59,758 bases of DNA from a virus (Duplodnaviria; Caudoviricetes), in the IMG/VR virus record IMGVR_UViG_3300033550_000005, positions 1 through 59,758 of that record. The stretch is one strand, 5' to 3'. Made by a program: the position numbers and the translations under genes. Within the stretch, counting starts at the first letter, position 1; each line of letters begins with the position of its first letter. Of this stretch, positions 47,068 to 54,650 are shown one piece after another. Under the pieces are notes generated by a model. That model worked only from the letters and a program-made list of their open reading frames with translations, had not been told where the DNA came from and made no database searches.

Positions 47068-48594
47068 TCAACCTCCAAGACCCTGTTCGTGCTGGGCGAT
47101 GTAGTCCAGCACCGACTCACTGAAGCCGTCGATGTGGAGCCACTTTCTGTATCCGATGCCATTGCGGTGCGTCGCCACGTTCACCATGTAGTTGTGTGCG
47201 CCCAACATCTTGGCGTGTTCCGGCTTCAGCTTCGTGTCGCAGTCCTGCTCGTCGGTGAACACGATGACGCGATCAAACGGCTCCTTCTCTTTGCTGGCGA
47301 TGTATTCCATGCACTGCGTCAAGAAGATCCCGCCACCGCCTATCTTGCTACGCACCTCTTGGCCCGAGATGTAGTCAGACAGCGCGAAGCCACGGCGCGG
47401 TGGGATGAGCATGGTCGAGTGTACACGCGTACCATCATTGCCGGCGGTACAGTAGATGGTCGGGTCTTCACAGAGCTCACGGGCGAGGATGGCCAGAGCG
47501 GCTGCGGCCTTGAGACGAGTGAGCTCGGACTTCTCGCTGAGCGCTGCGCCCATGGAACCTGAGGTGTCGAACACAAAGAGCGAACGACCTGGCAGCTTCT
47601 TGACGCCTTCGAGACACTTGAGCATCCAACGTTCGAGCCAGGGCTCCAACTGCGGCACAACTTGGGCAGCGGCGATGAAGCGGAACGGGAGCACACGGCC
47701 CCACTTGCGCGTGTCACCATAGGCCACGATGTCATCCATCGAGACGCCGGCGTTGACCATGTTGCGGAGGTTACGCAGGAAGGCGAGGTCGCCTAGCTTC
47801 CCCTCGGCCATGAGGCGCTTGAACGTCTCAGCCTTGTCCTTACCCGCTGAGAGCTCGGTCTCCCAGGTGTCGGGTGTCTTCAGTTGGTCATAGACCAGCT
47901 TGCCGTAGAGTAGCTCGCCGTTAGAAAAACCTTCCGGACGATGATCAGCTACGTGCTTATCAGCGTATCCGCGTCCCATCTCACGCTCAATGCGAGCATA
48001 GTGTTCACGAGTTTGGCGATCCCACGGCATGGCGTCTTTTGTGACGTCCTTCGGCTTTGAGTGGCAGAGGAACAGCACGTCGCGCAGCTTGACGTCCTTA
48101 TCGCGGTTGTAGCGCGCCAGCTGGAACTCGTCAAACTTGCTGAAGGCCTTCGCGAGGCCCAGCTTCACCTGCTTAGAGAGTGGCTGCTTGCCGTCCTTCC
48201 AGTAGATCGCGAGGAACTCGGACAGCTCGTCTGCACGTTGGATGACGTGGGCGAGCGTCTGGCTGATGTAGCCAGTGTAGTTACGGGACTTATCGTCCTC
48301 GCAACGATTTGGGTGGCGTGCCATCTCACGCACGATCAGCAGCGGCACGTGGCGCAGCTTCATGTTGTCGCGGGCCTCGATCGCGACCTGGGCAGCCTCC
48401 TGCAGTGTCACCGTGTGAACCAGCGCCTTGATACGGTCTGCTGCCGACACACCGCTCTCATAGAAGTTGTCCTCCCACAACATACAGGCCATGGTGAGGC
48501 GGATGAGCTCCTGCAGCGGTGTGATCTTAACTGCCTGCGCACCGCCACCGGTGAAGATCGGTTCGGACTTGGTTGCCTTGTTCGTCGAGGCCAT
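47068..48594 (-). CDS. Ro60/Rsr-like TROVE-domain RNA-binding protein with C-terminal vWA domain
   Basis: LWEDNFYESG, QRADEL, FDEFQLARY, TWETELS, LRNLRN, VLPFRFIAA; MIDAS DTSGSM and VIVFTDEQ. Confidence 0.9.
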   Translation of the reverse strand: MASTNKATKSEPIFTGGGAQAVKITPLQELIRLTMACMLWEDNFYESGVSAADRIKALVHTVTLQEAAQVAIEARDNMKLRHVPLLIVREMARHPNRCEDDKSRNYTGYISQTLAHVIQRADELSEFLAIYWKDGKQPLSKQVKLGLAKAFSKFDEFQLARYNRDKDVKLRDVLFLCHSKPKDVTKDAMPWDRQTREHYARIEREMGRGYADKHVADHRPEGFSNGELLYGKLVYDQLKTPDTWETELSAGKDKAETFKRLMAEGKLGDLAFLRNLRNMVNAGVSMDDIVAYGDTRKWGRVLPFRFIAAAQVVPQLEPWLERWMLKCLEGVKKLPGRSLFVFDTSGSMGAALSEKSELTRLKAAAALAILARELCEDPTIYCTAGNDGTRVHSTMLIPPRRGFALSDYISGQEVRSKIGGGGIFLTQCMEYIASKEKEPFDRVIVFTDEQDCDTKLKPEHAKMLGAHNYMVNVATHRNGIGYRKWLHIDGFSESVLDYIAQHEQGLGG

Positions 48595-48615
48595 CTAGAT
48601 TCTCCTTGGTTAAAC

Positions 48616-48642
48616 AGGGAGGAGCCACACGGCGCCTCCCTG
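48616..48642 (-). promoter_or_regulatory. Hairpin between the AAA+ and TROVE genes
   Basis: CAGGGAGG..CCTCCCTG inverted repeat. Confidence 0.5.
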
Positions 48643-48671
48643 GGTTACGCTTACAACTTCAAACTACCTGC

Positions 48672-50153
48672 TCAGTGGCGGACGACTGCCTCGTGCACCT
48701 GCTTAGCGTGCTTGGAGACCGGCGAGCCTTCGACTGCGCGCTGCATGATGTCGTGCAGCGAGTCCTCGATCGAGCGTGGCTTCTCGGCAGCTTCACGGTA
48801 CAGCAGATCCAGCTGCGACTGCATGGTCTTAGCAGCCTCGGCCAACGCCATGCTCGAGATCTTGGTGACAGGTACACCGGCCGGCTGCAGCGACAGCTGC
48901 GACAGCTTGGCACGCTTGACGACCTCGGCGATCACGGCTGGGATGCGACCGTTCAGCAGCTCGCCCACTTGGGTGAGATCCTCGTCGGCGTCGATCGCGG
49001 TACCGCCATACAGGCGCAACAGCTTGCCAACAGCAACGGCGTCGGGCGGCAGCACGTCGATGACGGCGTCCAGACGACCCGGGCGCAACATGGCCGGGTT
49101 GATGCCTTCCAGGTTGTTGGTCGTGAGGATGACCATGATGTTGGAGGACTTGGTGTCGATGCCATCGATGATGTTGAGGATGTCATCCATCTTCTCGGTG
49201 CGCTCACCGTTCATCTCGCGGTCGATGTCTTCACAGAAGATCACGCAGCCGGGGTTGTTGTACTGCTTGGCAAACGCGATCGCCTCGGCCAGCTCATCAG
49301 CACGGGTCACGTAGAGGTACGTGATGCCCTGAGTCACGGCCTTCTTAGCAGCGACCTTGGCGCAGAGGGTCTTGCCGGTGCCGAAGGTGCCGCCCAGCAG
49401 CACGCCGCGCTTGAACGGGATGCCGTTGGCCGCGCAGTCCTTGACACGCTCGATCGGCGTGAAGAGGTTGGTGCGGACAGCAGCCATCACGTCGTCGGAG
49501 TAGATGAGGTGGTTTTCATCGACATCGGCCACGTTGAGGAACTTGGGCTCAGGCATTTCCAGCTTGTCGCCGGCATCATTGTAGAAGCGGATCTTGAAGG
49601 CCTTGCCACGATAGATGCTGTTGGAGGCGATATAGGCGCGCAGGTCTTGGAACAGGCCTTCAATCGTCGGTTCATCACGACGCTTGACGCTGGCAACCAG
49701 CTCGAAGCAGATGCGGCCGTCGATGGTGTCGGCAGTGCATTGGATGAAGCCGGTGATGCCCGGGATGGACATGCGGCCCCATGGCACCTTACGCTTCTGG
49801 TCGTGGTCGATGTCGACCGTGAGGATCTGCGGAGGCGTAGGACCGAAGAAGCCCGGGGTGGCTTCAGCAGCGACCCAGCCGTAGCGGTTGGTGAGCACGG
49901 TGTCGAGTGCCACGGCGCCGTCCCACGGGAAGACGTCGAACTTCTCGCGCACGACCGTGTCCTCGTCGAGGAAGGCCTTGCGACGGATCAGGGTCTCGAT
50001 GGCCGCGTCGACAGACATGTCAACTGGCAGCGTGATGGCGTTGCCTTGGTTGACGATCTGCACGGCGTGGACGGCCGTCTGCATGTTATGCGCCAGCGTT
50101 TGGTTGTTGGCGGTGTTGGGGATTGCTGGGGTTGTGGGCTTGTTGACAGACAT
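48672..50153 (-). CDS. Classical-clade AAA+ ATPase
   Basis: Walker A GTFGTGKT, Walker B IFCEDID, second region of homology TTNN..INPAMLRPGRLD. Confidence 0.9.
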   Translation of the reverse strand: MSVNKPTTPAIPNTANNQTLAHNMQTAVHAVQIVNQGNAITLPVDMSVDAAIETLIRRKAFLDEDTVVREKFDVFPWDGAVALDTVLTNRYGWVAAEATPGFFGPTPPQILTVDIDHDQKRKVPWGRMSIPGITGFIQCTADTIDGRICFELVASVKRRDEPTIEGLFQDLRAYIASNSIYRGKAFKIRFYNDAGDKLEMPEPKFLNVADVDENHLIYSDDVMAAVRTNLFTPIERVKDCAANGIPFKRGVLLGGTFGTGKTLCAKVAAKKAVTQGITYLYVTRADELAEAIAFAKQYNNPGCVIFCEDIDREMNGERTEKMDDILNIIDGIDTKSSNIMVILTTNNLEGINPAMLRPGRLDAVIDVLPPDAVAVGKLLRLYGGTAIDADEDLTQVGELLNGRIPAVIAEVVKRAKLSQLSLQPAGVPVTKISSMALAEAAKTMQSQLDLLYREAAEKPRSIEDSLHDIMQRAVEGSPVSKHAKQVHEAVVRH

Positions 50154-50186
50154 TGTTTGCTCTCCTTGAGCGTGGTGGGAAACTGG

Positions 50187-50957
50187 TTAGTGAAGCGTGG
50201 AGGGTTGTGGCTCTTCGATGCCGAGCGCGCTTAGGGCGTTCTCAACACGCACTGCGGCAAAGACTTCCTTTGGCAGACCTGTGGCCTTCTCAAGCTGTTC
50301 GAGCAGCTCGGGGCTGAGGTCATCGGCCTCGATGCGACCGTTGGCCGTGATGCGCTGGAGCTCAGCGGCGAGCTCTGGCGACATGTTGCGGGTGTCGAAC
50401 GCGATGCAGTTGTCACCGATCGGGATCCCGACACCGGCCGCTGGAGTTGCCTTGCCGGCGAGGGCCTCGATAAGCTTGTGAAGGCCACTAGGCGCGGGTG
50501 CCTTACCGCTGAGAACTGCCTCGACAAAGGCTTCGTCGGCATACTTCTCGTTGAAGGTGCCGTAGTGCTTGGTGAACTTGGTGAGGTTCTGCTTGACCAC
50601 GCCGTAGTCGGTGGCAACGAGCGGGCCCAGGTCGTCGCCCATGAGCCACACCAGTGCCTCACAGTTGCACATGGCGCCGTACATCGACTGCGGGTGAAAC
50701 TTCCAGTAATGTGCCCAGACGCGGGGTGAGAACATCTTGATCTCACCCATGAGGCTGTCGTGGTCGCGCGGCTTGTTAACGTCGTTCTCAGCAAGTTCCT
50801 TCGTCTGCACGAGGTCGGCCGGAACACGGTGCCAAGGCAGGCGTGCGGCGAGCACCAAGGCAGCGACGCGCCCGTAGTCTTGGTTGGTAGCACGCAGGTA
50901 ATCGATGCGTGCAATGATCTCCTCGTCAGTGCGAGGTGTGAATGCTTGTTGCTCCAT
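50187..50957 (-). CDS. Hypothetical protein
   Basis: AAGGAG RBS; lies between the RNA array and the AAA+ gene. Confidence 0.65.
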   Translation of the reverse strand: MEQQAFTPRTDEEIIARIDYLRATNQDYGRVAALVLAARLPWHRVPADLVQTKELAENDVNKPRDHDSLMGEIKMFSPRVWAHYWKFHPQSMYGAMCNCEALVWLMGDDLGPLVATDYGVVKQNLTKFTKHYGTFNEKYADEAFVEAVLSGKAPAPSGLHKLIEALAGKATPAAGVGIPIGDNCIAFDTRNMSPELAAELQRITANGRIEADDLSPELLEQLEKATGLPKEVFAAVRVENALSALGIEEPQPSTLH

Positions 50958-50988
50958 ATTACTCTCTCCTTAACAAGTACATCAAAAA

Positions 50989-51128
50989 TTGCGGGGAACA
51001 TGTCGCTAGACGTTCAATGCTCGCGCTCTACCAACTGAGCTACGTCACCGGGATCCCCCAGCAACGGTTGGGCTCTAACCAACGACCTCAAGCTCCGGAA
51101 GAAGTATGCCTAACTGCCGCCACCGCAA
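50989..51128 (-). ncRNA. YrlA-like Y RNA 1 (circularly permuted tRNA mimic)
   Basis: Terminal stem GCGGTGGCG..TGTTCCCCGC with TACTTC; then T arm GTTGG-TTAGAGC-CCAAC, loop-closed acceptor-like stem, D arm GCTC-AGTTGGTA-GAGC. Confidence 0.8.
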
Positions 51129-51130
51129 AA

Positions 51131-51232
51131 CTCTCACAAGGGAGACCCGACGCGCATCGCGGTCGGAGCAACCGGGAGGAGGAACCGTGACACCCAGAAA
51201 GGGGAACTGGTGTCGGGTCTCTCTTGTGAGAG
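51131..51232. ncRNA. Structured hairpin RNA A (folds best on + strand)
   Basis: 21-bp inverted repeat CTCTCACAAGGGAGACCCGAC/GTCGGGTCTCTCTTGTGAGAG with internal stems. Confidence 0.5.
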
Positions 51233-51256
51233 CTCACTACAACTTCAAAATAAGGC

Positions 51257-51393
51257 GTGCACCGGGAACAGATCGGGCCAGCGACAAGGTGCTCTAACCA
51301 GCTGAGCTACCCGAGCCGAAACTCGAGGCTGGATTCGAACCAGCGACCACCCTCTTAGCAGGAGAAGTATCTGAACCTATCGCCACGGCGCAC
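51257..51393 (-). ncRNA. YrlA-like Y RNA 2 (circularly permuted tRNA mimic)
   Basis: Terminal stem GTGCGCCGTGGCG..TGTTCCCGGTGCAC with TACTTC; canonical T arm GCTGG-TTCGAAT-CCAGC, loop-closed acceptor CTCGAG/CTCGGG, D arm GCTC-AGCTGGTTA-GAGC. Confidence 0.85.
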
Positions 51394-51490
51394 TGTTTGA
51401 GACTTAGCAGCGGGACTCTTGCGTCGCTTGACACAGTCCGGAACTGTCGCGACCCCGACCTCACCCGCTTCACACCCTAAGTCTCAAACA
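51394..51490. ncRNA. Structured hairpin RNA B
   Basis: Perfect 14-bp TGTTTGAGACTTAG/CTAAGTCTCAAACA plus nested AGCGGG/CCCGCT, GTCGC/GCGAC, ACAGT/ACTGT. Confidence 0.5.
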
Positions 51491-51510
51491 CTACGTCGTA
51501 CCGCACTACC

Positions 51511-51577
51511 TAGCGGGGAACAAAACGCAACGGGGAGATTTCACCAAAAGAAGTACCCGTTACAAACGCCACCGCTA
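51511..51577 (-). ncRNA. Minimal Y RNA 3 (conserved stem only, no tRNA module)
   Basis: TAGCGGTGGCG-TTTGTAACGGG-TACTTC..CCCGTTGCG-TTTTGTTCCCCGCTA; same motifs as Y1 and Y2. Confidence 0.7.
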
Positions 51578-51596
51578 AACTCCAAAGAACGCTCTA

Positions 51597-51678
51597 GGTG
51601 CGGCCCCTGTCGAGAACCTGTCAGCTGCGACGAAGCCCACGACACCCCACCCGACTGAGCCCCGCAGGGACCGCAGCC
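51597..51678 (-). ncRNA. Structured hairpin RNA C
   Basis: TGCGGTCCCTG/CAGGGGCCGCA and GTCGG/CTGAC stems with G-U pairs on the - strand. Confidence 0.4.
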
Positions 51679-51698
51679 GAAGCGCTCTCAACATGGTT

Positions 51699-52253
51699 CT
51701 ATTCTGCCACACCCAAAGACTGCTGCATACCAGCACTCTCCAGCAGATCACCCTCCGGCTGGGCTCGTACAGCGTCCACAAACCAGACAGGAACAGGCCT
51801 GTGGGTCCAGCGCGCCTTGGGCCCTCGTGTCCGCACATAGAACTCACGCCACGCGGTCACACACTCCTCTGTCCCCTTCGTGCTGCCCATACCGTCTGGG
51901 AACACCCACACGAGAGGATCTCGCTTAATGTACTGAGATGCGATCCGCAGCTCACTTGGTAGGTGCAACAGGTCGCTCAGCACTGAGCTCTCGGCCCCGA
52001 AGCGGCGGCGAGTCTCTGCAGCTACCTCAAGCGCCAGCTTGTACAGCCACATCCAGTTGATCGGGTGCGTCGCCCACTGCACCTCAGCGCTCTTGATAAC
52101 CCATGATGATGTGCTCCCACCAGTTCCGCGGTTGTTGAGCCGCGCCGCCGTGGCAAGGATCTCAGCCAGCTGCGGACCACACCGTAGGATGTCGCTGTCA
52201 CAGTGGGCGTGTGCGCACTCAACCGGCCGGCTGTCAAGCACGAGGACCTTCAC
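51699..52253 (-). CDS. Diverged pyrimidine-dimer DNA glycosylase (DenV-like) family protein
   Basis: VLVLDSRPVECAHAHCD, NWMWLYKLA..RRFG, VTAWREFY, ARWTHRPVPVWF; GTG start with AAGGAG RBS. Confidence 0.6.
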   Translation of the reverse strand: MKVLVLDSRPVECAHAHCDSDILRCGPQLAEILATAARLNNRGTGGSTSSWVIKSAEVQWATHPINWMWLYKLALEVAAETRRRFGAESSVLSDLLHLPSELRIASQYIKRDPLVWVFPDGMGSTKGTEECVTAWREFYVRTRGPKARWTHRPVPVWFVDAVRAQPEGDLLESAGMQQSLGVAE

Positions 52254-52465
52254 GACTTCTCCTTCAGCAGCCAGGTCGCCAAGAGGTGACCCGCCCAGAA
52301 CTGAACCCCAAGCGCTGAGACCAGCAGGACCCAGGTCGCGAACGACGGGAAGCGGAGCGCCACCACAGCCGCAAACAGGTATGGGATCGTACACATGATG
52401 ATCACGTGCAACAGGCCGTTGCCTAGCTTCTTAAGTTTTTCCTTCAACATGCTCAGATCCTCCAA
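52250..52465 (-). CDS. Small two-TM protein
   Basis: Hydrophobic segments. Confidence 0.5.
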   Translation of the reverse strand: MEDLSMLKEKLKKLGNGLLHVIIMCTIPYLFAAVVALRFPSFATWVLLVSALGVQFWAGHLLATWLLKEKS

Positions 52466-52644
52466 CCTTGTGCGGCCGCGTAGCCGCGAGCCCTTCGCTC
52501 TTGCTCAAGGGTCACCTTCTCATACCGACACCTAAAGAGCACGGCCGCCACGGCCTTCGCTCCGTTGACCGCCGTCCCGTCGGGGTTCACGGCCTGGGCA
52601 TAGTCCTCTAGCGTCGCCTCTTCTAGCTTATCTTCAGTCGACAT
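52453..52644 (-). CDS. Hypothetical protein
   Basis: Start MSTEDK overlapping the upstream stop. Confidence 0.45.
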   Translation of the reverse strand: MSTEDKLEEATLEDYAQAVNPDGTAVNGAKAVAAVLFRCRYEKVTLEQERRARGYAAAQGWRI

Positions 52645-53500
52645 CGGCTTTTCCCGTGTTGGCCCACGTGCGCACACGACCTGCAAGGTCGCCTACCCCA
52701 CCGTTGGCATAGCAGATGGGCACGCTCAGCTTCTTGGCCTCGGCCTGTTGCGAGTGACTGCAGAACTTGGACCAGATCACGATCATCTCGCAGCTGCTAG
52801 CACGCTTACGGATGTCACCTGTCTTGCCTGGGTCACAGAACCGCAGGTCGAAGTCGGCCAACAGCTTCTCGATCTCACGCACCTGAGTAGCAAGGCCTCC
52901 GATGATAAACACCCGCTTCTTAGGCAGCGGCAGCTTAACCGGCTCGCGCTCTTGCGTAACCTGTTGTGACGGGCCGGCACCGTAGACCTTCTGTACAGGT
53001 GCTGGGCGAGTGACGGCATCAGTCAGCTCGGTGACCTCCTTGCGGAGCACGGTCAGCTCCTGTTGGAGCGGAGCTACGATCTGAAGGATCGCCGCGTTGA
53101 TGAACTCGTTGACAGCAATCTGGAGGATGTGCCACGGAAGGCCCGGCATCTCCTTGATCGCGGCCGCCCGCTTAGCGATAACGTCCTCGACGAGCTCAAG
53201 GCCAGACGACGCGCTCGTTGGCGGCGCGTAGGGCTCGATCACCTTCCGGTCGTTCGCGCTCTTCTCAGCCGCGAGCTGTTGGTGCATGTGGAACTTGAGG
53301 TTCTTGCGGTCCACCTTGCTGCCCATCGAGCCCACGCTCGTCGCACGCCAGCGCTCACGAGGGATGTGGGTGGCCTGGACCTCCCGCATCAGCGGGCCCA
53401 GTCCTCGCCACAGCTCCACGTCCTCAGGCTTGAGACCTCTGTTCAACGCAACGCGCGCGACCGCGTTCCAGTCCGAGCTCAACCATCTTTCCTTGCGCAT
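52634..53500 (-). CDS. Hypothetical protein with C-terminal DUF2325-like domain
   Basis: RVFIIGG..IVIWSKFCSH..ICYANGG. Confidence 0.55.
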   Translation of the reverse strand: MRKERWLSSDWNAVARVALNRGLKPEDVELWRGLGPLMREVQATHIPRERWRATSVGSMGSKVDRKNLKFHMHQQLAAEKSANDRKVIEPYAPPTSASSGLELVEDVIAKRAAAIKEMPGLPWHILQIAVNEFINAAILQIVAPLQQELTVLRKEVTELTDAVTRPAPVQKVYGAGPSQQVTQEREPVKLPLPKKRVFIIGGLATQVREIEKLLADFDLRFCDPGKTGDIRKRASSCEMIVIWSKFCSHSQQAEAKKLSVPICYANGGVGDLAGRVRTWANTGKADVD

Positions 53501-53517
53501 GATAACTCCCCTCCCAG

Positions 53518-53910
53518 TTAACGCTTCTTAGCAGACAACTTCTTGACGGTAAAGCTCTCAATGCCCGGCACCTCGACCCCGTTGTTCCAGAGCTCACGGA
53601 CGCCCTCGGTCGAGACAGATCTCGACAACAAGTGCCAGAACTTCTTCTTGACAATCCAGGCGAGTGTCTTGTCGAAATCCTTCACAGCTGGGACCTTCGA
53701 CTCACTGATCGCGCCCGTCGCCAGCTCGCCCCGAGCCCCTGAGATCTCCTGCTTAGTGAACGAGTTGATGATGTGGTCGGCAAGCGCCGACTCCTCCACC
53801 TTCAGCGCGTCTACCACCTTCTGCGCCGCCAAGCGCTCAGCGCGCCGCGTGTAGAAGAGATCTACCGCCTCACCGATCTTGGCCGGGAACTTCTGCTTCC
53901 TAGTTGCCAC
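53518..53910 (-). CDS. Phage coiled-coil protein
   Basis: VKDFD..W..LLSRSVS..VPGI motif; AAGGAGG RBS. Confidence 0.65.
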   Translation of the reverse strand: MATRKQKFPAKIGEAVDLFYTRRAERLAAQKVVDALKVEESALADHIINSFTKQEISGARGELATGAISESKVPAVKDFDKTLAWIVKKKFWHLLSRSVSTEGVRELWNNGVEVPGIESFTVKKLSAKKR

Positions 53911-53964
53911 CGTCTCTACCTCCTTAGAATATGGTGTATAGTACCCTACGGGCTTACAACCGAG

Positions 53965-54396
53965 TCAAAAGTCCAGAGACTTTGGCTTCGAGCGCCCGAA
54001 GAGGGTGAGGAGCGGGTAGAGCACGAAGACCCTGAGGAGAAGGCGCAGGTAGTAGGACGTGCAGATGACCGCGTATGTCGGACCCCACTCCCAGCCTTGG
54101 CGCTCAGGCAGCATGAGCTCGATGCTGATGATCATCCGTGCGGCCTGCTCCTTGGTGACCATACACGGGAACTGGATGTCTCTGTCGCCGACCAGCAGCT
54201 TACGCTGGCGCTCCATGTCCTCGATCACGGTGTAGTCTCTCGGCCCCACGCGCTCCATCAGGAGAACACCGACGCGGATGTCCTCAGGCTCACCGCCCAC
54301 GTTGTAGAGGGTGAGGCTGATCAGGCGCTTGTTCCGTAGTCTGATCACCGCGCACTCGGTCGTCTCGTTCGGGCTTATTCTTCTCAAGATCTTCAT
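53965..54396 (-). CDS. Hypothetical protein
   Basis: AAGGAG RBS; overlap coupling. Confidence 0.5.
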   Translation of the reverse strand: MKILRRISPNETTECAVIRLRNKRLISLTLYNVGGEPEDIRVGVLLMERVGPRDYTVIEDMERQRKLLVGDRDIQFPCMVTKEQAARMIISIELMLPERQGWEWGPTYAVICTSYYLRLLLRVFVLYPLLTLFGRSKPKSLDF

Positions 54397-54650
54397 GGCT
54401 TCAGCTCCTTTTCTCTCTGTGCATCACTCTCGGCGGTCTCACCCATCGGGAACAGGTCGTTCAGTGTCTGAACAGCGGCGAGGTGGACGTTGGCCGCGTC
54501 GTCGAACAACTTGGTAATCTCTTCTTGGCCGTCCTTCCTGAAGTAGTTGGCCTTGGCACGATTGTCAAGTAATTCCCTCCAGTGCCACAGGCGCAGCGCG
54601 CGCAGCTGGACGAGCGTCTCAGCTGGGACAATCAAGTATGAGTTGCTCAT
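54393..54650 (-). CDS. Hypothetical protein
   Basis: Overlap coupling; AVQTLNDLFP.G.TAE.D motif. Confidence 0.55.
   Translation of the reverse strand: MSNSYLIVPAETLVQLRALRLWHWRELLDNRAKANYFRKDGQEEITKLFDDAANVHLAAVQTLNDLFPMGETAESDAQREKELKP

Noticed and set aside
48061-50234. Long + strand ORFs (417 aa and 553 aa)
   Set aside because: Antisense shadows of the GC3-rich AAA+ and TROVE genes; no RBS or recognisable motifs.
50231-51001. Alternative-frame 256-aa ORF on the - strand
   Set aside because: Ser/Arg/Pro-rich shadow frame; 50187..50957 has the RBS and normal composition.
51150-51190. SRP RNA domain IV resemblance in hairpin A
   Set aside because: Only a CC-GGGA-GG loop matches; the CAGG/AGCA internal loop of SRP RNA is absent.
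50989-51393. Ordinary tRNA genes or tRNA pseudogenes on the - strand
   Set aside because: The T arm precedes the D arm, there is no anticodon loop or CCA, and the acceptor is loop-closed. This fits permuted Y RNAs instead.
50989-51680. CRISPR array or transposon terminal inverted repeats
   Set aside because: No identical direct repeats with regular spacers, no transposase or target duplications; the inverted repeats are short-range RNA-like stems.
50942-51962. Short + strand ORFs across the RNA array
   Set aside because: No RBS, biased composition, and they overlap structured RNAs.
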